Below, one piece after another: positions 53,783 to 61,904 of a DNA stretch of 64,000 bases. Within the stretch, counting starts at the first letter, position 1. Each line of letters opens with the position of its first letter. The DNA comes from Candidatus Micrarchaeota archaeon (GTDB taxonomy: Archaea > Micrarchaeota > Micrarchaeia > Micrarchaeales > CABMGC01). The notes below the pieces were generated by a model that saw nothing but the letters and a program-made list of their open reading frames with translations, was not told the DNA's origin and did no database searches. The stretch is taken from positions 7,583 to 71,582 of the forward strand of contig JAJZLN010000007.1 in the NCBI GenBank assembly GCA_021803425.1, written 5' to 3'. A program made the position numbers and the translations under genes.

Positions 53783-54733
53783 ATGGAAAAAGTACTGCTT
53801 ACTGGAGCTACAGGATTCATAGGAAGCGAGCTTGCACCTAAACTTATCGAGAAGGGCTACGAAGTGCATGCATTGGAAAGGTATGTTACGGGCAGGTACT
53901 CATTTGAAAAGAACAGGAACTTTATCAATCATTATGCCAGCCTTGCCGATTTTCCTGCAATAAAAAATATCGTGCATGAGGTTCAGCCTGATTATGTGCT
54001 GCATCTTGCAGCAATAAGCCCTGTTTCATTTTCATATGATCACTACATAGAGGTAACAGAAGTAAATTACCTTGGCACAATAAACCTTGCAGAGGCATGC
54101 TACAGGGAGGTTCCGCATTTCAAGCAGTTCATAATGGCTGGGACTTCCGAGCAGTACGGCATGACGCTTAAGGACAAAAAGGAAAGGCTTACTGAAGACT
54201 CGAAGCTGCATCCAAACAGCCCATATGCAGTTGCAAAGGTCGCAGCAGATCTTTATCTGAAGTATATGCATGAAGCATACAGATTTCCAATGACCATCCT
54301 CAGGCCGTTCAACACATACGGGCGAAAAGCCAATTCACATTTCTTTATAGAGAGGACGATAACGCAGATGCTGAAGGGGGATAAGGTATATCTCGGAGAC
54401 AAGAGTGCAATAAGGGACTGGCTGTATGTTGACGACCACGTCAATGCATATCTTAAGGCGCTGGGAAACAGAAAAGCAATAGGCGAAGTTATACAGGTGT
54501 GTACAGGAAAAGGGTACACTACCGAAGAGACAGCAAAACTGATAGCAAAATTTACTGGTTTCAAAGGAGACATAATATGGAACGCAACGCCAATGCGTCC
54601 TCTTGATGCAAGAGTGCTTATCGGCGACAATTCAAAGGCAAGAAAGCTGCTTGGCTGGGAGCCTAAATACAATCTGGAGGAAGGTCTGAAGAAGACAATA
54701 GGGTATTGGAAACTCCAGAACCAAAGGAAGTAG
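53783..54733 (+). CDS. GMD-like NDP-sugar 4,6-dehydratase (extended SDR)
   Basis: It has LLTGATGFIGSEL, GTSEQYG (the T-S-E triad region seen in GDP-mannose 4,6-dehydratases) and YAVAKVAAD. Confidence 0.7.
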   Translation: MEKVLLTGATGFIGSELAPKLIEKGYEVHALERYVTGRYSFEKNRNFINHYASLADFPAIKNIVHEVQPDYVLHLAAISPVSFSYDHYIEVTEVNYLGTINLAEACYREVPHFKQFIMAGTSEQYGMTLKDKKERLTEDSKLHPNSPYAVAKVAADLYLKYMHEAYRFPMTILRPFNTYGRKANSHFFIERTITQMLKGDKVYLGDKSAIRDWLYVDDHVNAYLKALGNRKAIGEVIQVCTGKGYTTEETAKLIAKFTGFKGDIIWNATPMRPLDARVLIGDNSKARKLLGWEPKYNLEEGLKKTIGYWKLQNQRK

Positions 54734-54825
54734 CGCCAAAACATCAGAATTCATTCGAAAGACAGCTCCTCTGTAGCGCAATGTTTATAAATTGCTGGTG
54801 CATGAAATATATTGGGCATTGGGTT

Positions 54826-56427
54826 ATGGCTTCGGATGCAAAAGGCAATTCTAAATCATTGCTTATAATAGCAATATTAGTTGTAGTAATAATAGCTCTT
54901 ATTGCGGTTGTGATGTTTAATCACTCTGCTTCCGTGCAGGAGCTGTCGGCTTCTATCTCACCAATAATGCAGAATATAAATGTTACAGAAGTTGCGACCA
55001 TAACCGCTTCAGCGTCCAGCGGACAACAACCATATTACTTCCAATGGTACAATGACACTTCAGGTTCACTTGTTCCAATTGCAGGACAGAGTGGCGTATC
55101 CCTTTTAGTAAGCGGCGATAACGCAGGCACATACAAGTATTCCGTTTCAGTCTCTGATTCTGAATCGCCTGCAAAGACGGTCTCCTCGCCTCAGGCAACA
55201 GTTATTGTTTCTGTACCTTCACTGACTGTTTCAGTCTCCCCTCAGTCAAACAAGGCATATGTGGGACAGGGCATTATTCTTACTGCAGCTGCGCTGCATG
55301 GCGTACCCCCATATTCATACCAATGGTATAATGACACCTCTGGCACCGGGGTTCCAATTGCAGGACAGATTGGCGCGACCCTTTCTCTCAGCCCAAGCGT
55401 GGCAGGCGAATTCAAGTATTATGCATCAGCGACGGATTCGGAGACGCCTGCAAAGACCGTATATTCAAATCCGGTATCTCTTTTAGTAAATTCAACTCCA
55501 AGCGTGACTATTACCATTACAAATTCTCAGCCAGCCGCCGTTTCCTATCCTTTCCAGCAAATGATAACCTTTAATCCTTCACAATATGCGCAGTTCGAAG
55601 CCTTTGATCTTGGCAATATACGATTTTATCAGGGTTCTACTGAGCTTTATTCATGGTGTGAATCAGGGTGCAATTCAAATTCACAGAATGCAGTATTCTG
55701 GGTAAAAATTCCAGGCGGCATCGGTGCAGACTCCAGTGAAGCAGTAACAATGGTGTTCGAACCAAAAAGCGTAGAATATGATGGCGTCTATGCCGGAGAA
55801 GCACCGCAACTTAGCCCAGTTTATGCTGAGTATGACAATGGAGCAAATGTGTTCCTTAGATACGAGAATTTCGAAGGCGCTTCAGTACCTTCTGGATGGA
55901 GCCTGCAGAACAGCGCCGGCAACGGAGTGCCTACGTATATTGACAACAAAGCGGTTTTGTCATCGGTTAATCTTGGAGGAAATTACGGCTCTCTTGTATC
56001 GGATTGGCAGATAAATGGAACTTCAACTATCGATGCGTTTGTGCTTTCGCAATCTACAAGCAACGGACAGGATCATGTGATATATTCTAGTTCAAGTCCT
56101 TCATCATTTGCTTATCAGCCAGACAGTGTGAATTATCAGAATGGCAGCGGCCTTGAATGCGAGTCAAATGCCGGAGGGACCCCCAATGCGGTGTTTTCTG
56201 CATCTCCCGATCCAGCACTTCCTGCAGTAATAAGCGTGTACGGGGCAAACATGTATGCAAATTATGCCCTGGTAGGATCGCTGAACTCCGGAAGCATACT
56301 TACTTCAGGATTCCTTGGTATGGAGGCTAACAGCGGCAACAGCGCAAACTTTACCGTGCAGTGGGTAAGGATAAGGGCGACTCCTCCTAACGGAGTTATG
56401 CCAAGCGCAAGCTTTGCAACCCAATAA
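54826..56427 (+). CDS. Membrane-anchored surface protein: two tandem Ig-like repeats plus a DUF2341 / ConA-like lectin region
   Basis: The track ORF starts at 54706, inside the previous gene; the Met at 54826 precedes the TM helix SLLIIAILVVVIIALIAVVMF. Repeats lie at about 54946-55224 and 55225-55506 (Y.QWYNDTSG..VPIAGQ...SPAKTV). The DUF2341-like region reads DLGNIRFYQGSTELYSWCE...AVFWVKIP. Confidence 0.65.
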   Translation: MASDAKGNSKSLLIIAILVVVIIALIAVVMFNHSASVQELSASISPIMQNINVTEVATITASASSGQQPYYFQWYNDTSGSLVPIAGQSGVSLLVSGDNAGTYKYSVSVSDSESPAKTVSSPQATVIVSVPSLTVSVSPQSNKAYVGQGIILTAAALHGVPPYSYQWYNDTSGTGVPIAGQIGATLSLSPSVAGEFKYYASATDSETPAKTVYSNPVSLLVNSTPSVTITITNSQPAAVSYPFQQMITFNPSQYAQFEAFDLGNIRFYQGSTELYSWCESGCNSNSQNAVFWVKIPGGIGADSSEAVTMVFEPKSVEYDGVYAGEAPQLSPVYAEYDNGANVFLRYENFEGASVPSGWSLQNSAGNGVPTYIDNKAVLSSVNLGGNYGSLVSDWQINGTSTIDAFVLSQSTSNGQDHVIYSSSSPSSFAYQPDSVNYQNGSGLECESNAGGTPNAVFSASPDPALPAVISVYGANMYANYALVGSLNSGSILTSGFLGMEANSGNSANFTVQWVRIRATPPNGVMPSASFATQ

Positions 56428-56578
56428 TCCTGCATTTGCCAATGCAATACAAAGCCATTTTAACCTATTCATTCCGTATATTATCAAATATTACTAGATT
56501 TTCTGGTTTAAGGTAGATTAACTGAAAGAATTCAAGGAGCTTAATTTAAAGCATGGGCTAGTTGAAGCGCTGGCACAC

Positions 56579-57862
56579 ATGGGCTTCAATACCATGACAG
56601 AAGTGCAGGAGCTTGCAATACCGATAGTTCTGGAGCACAAGGATGTTGTCGTAAGGTCAAAGACGGGAAGCGGCAAGACCGCAGCATTCCTAGTTCCAAT
56701 AATACAGGAGATACAGGGAGCAGGCCATACAAGCGCGCTTGTCATAGTGCCTACAAGAGAGCTTGCGCTTCAGGTCGCCTCTGTGGCAACAAAACTCGGG
56801 AACACAAACCATGTAAGAGTTGCTATAGTATATGGCGGAGCCTCGATAAATGTGCAGATGCAGGCGCTCTCAAGGGGAGCGGAGCTTGTCATAGGCACTC
56901 CAGGTAGGATAATAGACCTTATGGAGAGGGGGGCGCTCAAGATAGGCAGGATAAAATTCTTCGTGCTTGATGAAGCGGATCTCATGCTTGACATGGGATT
57001 CATAGATGATATAAGGCAGATTCTTTCCAGCGCGCCGAGCGACAGGCAGACGCTTCTTTTTTCAGCCACAATGCCGAGGCAGATAGTTGACATGGCAAGG
57101 AATTACATGAAGAGCGATGCAACAAGGCTTACCGTGGGCGAGGAGGAAGACATAACTGTAAGCACAATAACGCATGGATATTATTTTGCAAGCGGAAGGG
57201 CAAAGTTCGCAGCGCTGATGGCTTACATAGAAAAATTCAACCCTAAGAAATGCATAATATTCACCTCTACTCAGAGGGAATCTGAATTCGTGCACAGGTT
57301 CCTTGCATCCAACAGCTTCGATGCCATAGTCATGCACGGGGGCATGAGCCAGGCGCAGAGGGAGAGGTCGCTTCATGCGTTCAAGCAGCATTCAAGATTC
57401 CTTATATCAACGAATCTTGTCTCAAGGGGCTTGGACATACCTGACATAACCGACATAATAAACTTTGATGCGCCCAACGAGCCCAAGACATACATACACC
57501 GGGTAGGAAGGTCTGCAAGAATGGGGAAGGACGGTCGTGCATTCACGATATTCGGGAATGACCAGAAGAGCCTCATGCACGATACAAGGGCGGTTGCAAA
57601 TGTGGAGATGCATTTAATCGATTTGGACATCTCAAAGTTCAGGGACATACAGCTTCCTGAGCATGAACGATGGGGAGGCGGCAGGGATGCTGGACGCGGG
57701 AGAAGCTTCGGAGGAGAGAGGAGGTTCGGTGGCGAAAGGCAGCGCGGATTCAGGAGGGAGGGAAGAGGGTCTGGAGACAGGGACGGCCACCACGGAAGGA
57801 GTTTCGGAGGGGATAGAAGGAGATTCCACAGGAACAGCCTAGACTTCAGGCCAAGCAGGTAG
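56579..57862 (+). CDS. DEAD-box ATP-dependent RNA helicase with an RGG-rich C-terminal tail
   Basis: Motifs are TGSGKTAAF, PTRELA, DEAD, SAT and HRVGRSAR. The Q-motif phenylalanine lies upstream of the first ATG, in frame from 56522 (see findings). Confidence 0.9.
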   Translation: MGFNTMTEVQELAIPIVLEHKDVVVRSKTGSGKTAAFLVPIIQEIQGAGHTSALVIVPTRELALQVASVATKLGNTNHVRVAIVYGGASINVQMQALSRGAELVIGTPGRIIDLMERGALKIGRIKFFVLDEADLMLDMGFIDDIRQILSSAPSDRQTLLFSATMPRQIVDMARNYMKSDATRLTVGEEEDITVSTITHGYYFASGRAKFAALMAYIEKFNPKKCIIFTSTQRESEFVHRFLASNSFDAIVMHGGMSQAQRERSLHAFKQHSRFLISTNLVSRGLDIPDITDIINFDAPNEPKTYIHRVGRSARMGKDGRAFTIFGNDQKSLMHDTRAVANVEMHLIDLDISKFRDIQLPEHERWGGGRDAGRGRSFGGERRFGGERQRGFRREGRGSGDRDGHHGRSFGGDRRRFHRNSLDFRPSR

Positions 57863-57899
57863 CGCTATATCATTCTATTGCATCTGTATTTTCTACATT

Positions 57900-58082
57900 C
57901 TATATTCGGTTTTTTCTCTTGAGTTCTATCAGCCTTTCAGTTTCTTTGTATGCTCCTTCAAAGCCGTCTTTTCTGAAAGCGTTCAGCACCTGCCACTTGG
58001 CATCACGAAATTCTGTGCTTTTGTAGCCGGCATCTGCTAATCTTTTGCTGGAAGCGTTTCTAAACCAAATCTCGAAATCCAT
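57900..58082 (-). CDS. Hypothetical small protein (60 aa)
   Basis: This is an ORF only, with no motif I recognise. It is convergent with the helicase gene. Confidence 0.25.
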   Translation of the reverse strand: MDFEIWFRNASSKRLADAGYKSTEFRDAKWQVLNAFRKDGFEGAYKETERLIELKRKNRI

Positions 58083-58147
58083 TGTATTGCCATTTTAAGT
58101 TATTAGAAATTTGATAAAAATTAAATACCTTCACATTAAGCTTCAGG

Positions 58148-58258
58148 TGGGCCCGGAGAGATTTGAACTCTCGACATCTGGCTTTCATATAAACTTCAGA
58201 TAAGTCTCCAAAAGTTCATTATAAGACCAGCGCTCTAACCAGGCTGAGCTACGAGCCC
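58148..58258 (-). tRNA. tRNA-Ile (anticodon UAU) with a 36-nt intron in the anticodon loop
   Basis: Hand-folded cloverleaf: acceptor GGGCTCG/CGGGCCC with one G-U pair and A73; D arm GCTC-AGCCTGGTTA-GAGC; anticodon stem CTGGT/GCCAG; loop CTTATAA (anticodon at 58221-58223). The variable region is ATGTC and the T arm is GAGAG-TTCAAAT-CTCTC. The intron can form a helix-bulge-helix. No CCA is encoded. Confidence 0.8.
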
Positions 58259-58280
58259 CCAGCATATCATTGCAGACTAA

Positions 58281-58290
58281 ATTTTTAAAT
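58281..58290 (-). promoter_or_regulatory. TATA-box-like element upstream of the tRNA
   Basis: The minus strand reads ATTTAAAAAT, 23-32 nt upstream of the tRNA 5' end. Confidence 0.45.
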
Positions 58291-58317
58291 CCTTCAGCTT
58301 AAAGACCATTCCGCTGC

Positions 58318-58785
58318 TCAGGATGCATATAAAGTTGCGCTTCCTGTTACATTCAGCCCCTGCTGGCATGACCTTGCGCTGCATATGCTGTACCCTATCG
58401 AGAATCTTGGCTCAAGCTGCCTTCCACGCGATATTCCCGCCCCGTCGAAATAGGCAATGCAAGAAATCTTCGAGCCTTCTTTTGCGCTGCCCGGCGTGCA
58501 GCTCCCTGTAGCAGTCTCGCCTCCTGGAAGTTCGACGATAAAAGAGCCCTCAGGAAATTTCATTGCAGTTCCAAGGTTGTCTGTCAGCTCCACATCTGCC
58601 TTTCCGCTTGCACTGCTTATGCTCATCGAGGCACAGGGCAGCTCTGGAGTAATAAAGCATGATGAAGCGGAAAGCGTGGAAGCACCTGCGCCCCCGCCCA
58701 TCAAGGCCCCGACAACATTCGAAGACAAAACGTATGCGACGATCAGAAAAGACGACGCATACACGATAAGGTACTCTATTCCCAT
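58318..58785 (-). CDS. Pilin-like protein (class III signal; leader appears to start upstream of the first ATG)
   Basis: MGIEYLIVYASSFLIVAYVL is preceded in frame by ...FIKGQ, giving KGQ-MGIEY, the same pattern as the operon pilins. No ATG, GTG or TTG exists upstream before the stop at 58828-58830. Confidence 0.6.
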   Translation of the reverse strand: MGIEYLIVYASSFLIVAYVLSSNVVGALMGGGAGASTLSASSCFITPELPCASMSISSASGKADVELTDNLGTAMKFPEGSFIVELPGGETATGSCTPGSAKEGSKISCIAYFDGAGISRGRQLEPRFSIGYSICSARSCQQGLNVTGSATLYAS

Positions 58786-58974
58786 CTGGCCTTTTATAAA
58801 CCCACCCCCTAAACGGCTACAGACAGACTATTATGGATGTCCTCCTATATAAAGCGCTGAGTTTTTGTGGAATTTTTAGATGATTGAAAACTTCCGCTAT
58901 TATTGCAACACACGACGACATGAGCCCAACGGATTGGTTTATAAATAAGTGATGAACAGATATAATGGATTGTA

Positions 58975-60282
58975 ATGGACCTAGGAGAAGGCTTGAGAAA
59001 GGCCATAGCCAAGCTCACTGGAGCTACTATCATAGACCTGAAGACAATAAGGGAATTCAACAAGGAGCTGCAGAAGGCGCTTATATCTGCAGACGTTGAG
59101 ATTGAGCTGGTTTTCGGCCTGACAAAGAGGATAGAGGAAGCCGCTCTCAGCAGCAGGATGCCAGAAGGCGTGAGCCACAAGGATTACATAACTAATCTTG
59201 TTTACGAGGAGCTTACAAGGCTGATGGGGCAGAGCCATGAACCTGAGATAAAGCCGAAAAGGATACTTCTTGCAGGCATATACGGTTCAGGGAAGACAAC
59301 CACGGCAGCAAAGCTTGCAAAGTTCTACCAGGACCGCGGTCTTGGTGCAGGGCTCATATGCTGCGACGTATCGAGGCCTGCTGCGTATGAGCAGCTTGAA
59401 ACCCTGGCCAAGCAGTCAAACACCTCATTTTTTGGGATAAAGGGCGAAAAGGATGTCTCAAGGATAATCAGGGAAGGCCTTGCAGCCTTCAAGAACAAGA
59501 AGGTAATAATATGCGATTCAAGCGGAAGGAGCGCAATGGATGGAGAGCTCATAAGCGAGCTCAAGAGGATAAATGAGGAGTTCAAGCCTGACGAGAAGCT
59601 GCTCGTGATAAATGCAGATATAGGGCAGGTAGCAGGCAGGCAGGCAAGGGAGTTCGACAATGCGATAAAGCTCAGCGGAGTGATAGTTACAAAGCTCGAC
59701 GGCTCTGGAAAGGGGGGAGGTGCGCTCAGCGCAGTAGCAGCATCAAGCACGCGCGTAATGTTCGTGGGCACCGGAGAAAAGCTAAATGCGCTGGAGCTTT
59801 ACGACTCAAAGAAATTTGTAGGCAGGCTGCTTGGAATCCCGGACATAGAGTCGCTGATAACGCATGTTAACGAAGCGATAAAGAATGCAGGCATAAAGCC
59901 AGAAGACGTTGACATCAACGAGCTTAATTTCGAGAGCTTCTATGCACAGATGAAGGCGATGTCAAAGATGGGTCCGATGAAGAACGTGCTTGGCATGATG
60001 GGGCTTGCTGACGTGCCTAAGGATGTGCTGGAAAGCGGCGAAACAAAGCTGAAAAGGTACGAGAACATAATAAATTCCATGACAAAGGAGGAGAGGAAGA
60101 CAGACCGTCTGCTAAAGGATCCACGACGCATAGCCAGGATAGCCAAAGGGAGCGGCCGCACCGAAAAAGACGTGCGTGACCTGATAAGCGACTTCAACAA
60201 GATGAAGAAGATGGCCGACATGCTGAAAGGCAACAGGGACATGAAGAAGTTCATGTCAAAGTTCAGCCCAAAAGGGGCGTAA
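58975..60282 (+). CDS. srp54: Signal recognition particle protein SRP54
   Basis: It has GIYGSGKTTTAAKLA, DSSGR, TKLDGSGKGGGALS and a Met-rich M domain. Confidence 0.93.
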   Translation: MDLGEGLRKAIAKLTGATIIDLKTIREFNKELQKALISADVEIELVFGLTKRIEEAALSSRMPEGVSHKDYITNLVYEELTRLMGQSHEPEIKPKRILLAGIYGSGKTTTAAKLAKFYQDRGLGAGLICCDVSRPAAYEQLETLAKQSNTSFFGIKGEKDVSRIIREGLAAFKNKKVIICDSSGRSAMDGELISELKRINEEFKPDEKLLVINADIGQVAGRQAREFDNAIKLSGVIVTKLDGSGKGGGALSAVAASSTRVMFVGTGEKLNALELYDSKKFVGRLLGIPDIESLITHVNEAIKNAGIKPEDVDINELNFESFYAQMKAMSKMGPMKNVLGMMGLADVPKDVLESGETKLKRYENIINSMTKEERKTDRLLKDPRRIARIAKGSGRTEKDVRDLISDFNKMKKMADMLKGNRDMKKFMSKFSPKGA

Positions 60283-60307
60283 TATTTGCTCTAAAAGGAT
60301 GAGATAG

Positions 60308-60799
60308 TTGAATTCAAAAGCGCGTAAATATTCTATGTATGGGCTTGCAGCTTCACTGACAGCAATATTTGCACCGCTTCTCTTCATCCACTCGCTCCAA
60401 CCTACTCAATTTTCTTCAAACGCAAGCAGCAATTCCTCATTCACATTCAACAACCGCACTTACAATTTCACCTATGTTGCGGTTACCGAACAGCAGCAGG
60501 AGCAGGGGCTGATGAACAAGTCCGTCAATGCATCCACATTCGAGCTCTTCAAGTTTTCATCTCCAGGAATATACCCATTCTGGATGAAGAACACGTATTA
60601 TCCTCTGGACATGATATGGGTTTACAACAGCACTGTCGTATACATAGCAAACGCAACTCCATGCGTGTGGCGCAGCAAGGATCAGACAAACTGCACTGTT
60701 TATGTGCCCAATTCAATTGCAGACTCTGTGATAGAGTCTGAAAGCGGATTTGTGAATAGGACCGGATTAAGGGTTGGTGACGAAGTAAACATAAAATAG
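60308..60799 (+). CDS. DUF192-domain protein with an N-terminal membrane anchor
   Basis: It has FWMKNTYYPLDMIWV, an N-terminal hydrophobic helix and a TTG start. Confidence 0.6.
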   Translation: MNSKARKYSMYGLAASLTAIFAPLLFIHSLQPTQFSSNASSNSSFTFNNRTYNFTYVAVTEQQQEQGLMNKSVNASTFELFKFSSPGIYPFWMKNTYYPLDMIWVYNSTVVYIANATPCVWRSKDQTNCTVYVPNSIADSVIESESGFVNRTGLRVGDEVNIK

Positions 60800-60845
60800 C
60801 CGAAGGCTAAAAATCGTTTGCTGTCAAATAATCTGAGGTGCGTGA

Positions 60846-61904
60846 ATGAGAGAACCGCATGGCGGTGAGGTCGAGTGGGACATAAGCAGGAAGTACAACA
60901 TACCCATAGACAAGATAACGAGCTTCGCCACTACTGTATCTTACATCAAACCCAAGATCCCTGTAAATAAGTATTCTAAGTACATCCACCGCTATCCGCC
61001 AATGTCATTCAAGCCCCTTAATGACAGTGTTGCGAAGCTTTACGGGGCAAAGGAAGAAAACATAATACTCGGGAGCGGGACAGAGGAGCTGATATACCTA
61101 TTTTTCAGCGCTCTTGGGAAAGGAGAAGCGATAATACCAGTTCCGACATACAACAGCTACACTGATGCAGCCGCCCGCTACTCCATATCAAGGCTCGTGA
61201 GCCACGGCAGCGATTTTGAGCTGGACATAGGAAAGATAAGCGAGGCTGTCTCAAGGCGCACAAAGGCGATTGTGATATGCAATCCGAACAACCCGACAGG
61301 GAGGCTTTACAGAAAGAGTGATCTCATAGAACTGGCAAAAATCTCGAAAGACAACGGTGCAACACTGCTGGTGGACGAGAATTACATGTGGTTTGTAGAA
61401 AAAAAGCTAAGATACACAATGGCAGACTTCATCGGAAAATATCCCGTATTTGTATTGAACGGAATATCAAAGTCATTTTCCGCTCCAGGACTTAGGGTTG
61501 GATGGGGCGTAGGGCAAAAGCTGTTCATAGACACGCTCAACGGATTCAAGACGCCCACAACAATAGGCACAATGAACCTCTTTCTGGCAAATGCGCTTCT
61601 CGAGAACATGGGATATGCAGAAAAAAGCGCAAAAAGAGTGATCTCGTCCAAAAAAAGATTCTACAACAGGCTCAGGGGGATAAAGTCGCTGCACGTATTC
61701 CCTTCGGATGCCAACTTCTTCCTTATTGAGATCCTTGACAGGAAGATTAATTCAACAGGACTGTTCAGGGATCTTGCAAAGAGGGGCATAGCCATAAGAG
61801 ACTGCGCAAACCTTAAGGGGCTCAATGACCGGTTCATAAGGGTCACTGTAAGGAGCGACTCAGACAATTCAATGCTGATAAATGCAATTAAACGCCTGCT
61901 TTGA
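60846..61904 (+). CDS. Class I/II PLP-dependent aminotransferase (HisC / CobD family)
   Basis: It has an N-terminal HGG, then ICNPNNPTG and SKSFSAPGLRVGW (the PLP-binding Lys). Confidence 0.75.
   Translation: MREPHGGEVEWDISRKYNIPIDKITSFATTVSYIKPKIPVNKYSKYIHRYPPMSFKPLNDSVAKLYGAKEENIILGSGTEELIYLFFSALGKGEAIIPVPTYNSYTDAAARYSISRLVSHGSDFELDIGKISEAVSRRTKAIVICNPNNPTGRLYRKSDLIELAKISKDNGATLLVDENYMWFVEKKLRYTMADFIGKYPVFVLNGISKSFSAPGLRVGWGVGQKLFIDTLNGFKTPTTIGTMNLFLANALLENMGYAEKSAKRVISSKKRFYNRLRGIKSLHVFPSDANFFLIEILDRKINSTGLFRDLAKRGIAIRDCANLKGLNDRFIRVTVRSDSDNSMLINAIKRLL

Noticed and set aside
58880-58975. C/D-box-like strings (agatgattga and gtgatgaac) upstream of srp54, considered as a possible C/D box sRNA.
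   Set aside because: No properly spaced D or D' box (CTGA) and no terminal stem could be found. The second box would run into the srp54 start codon.
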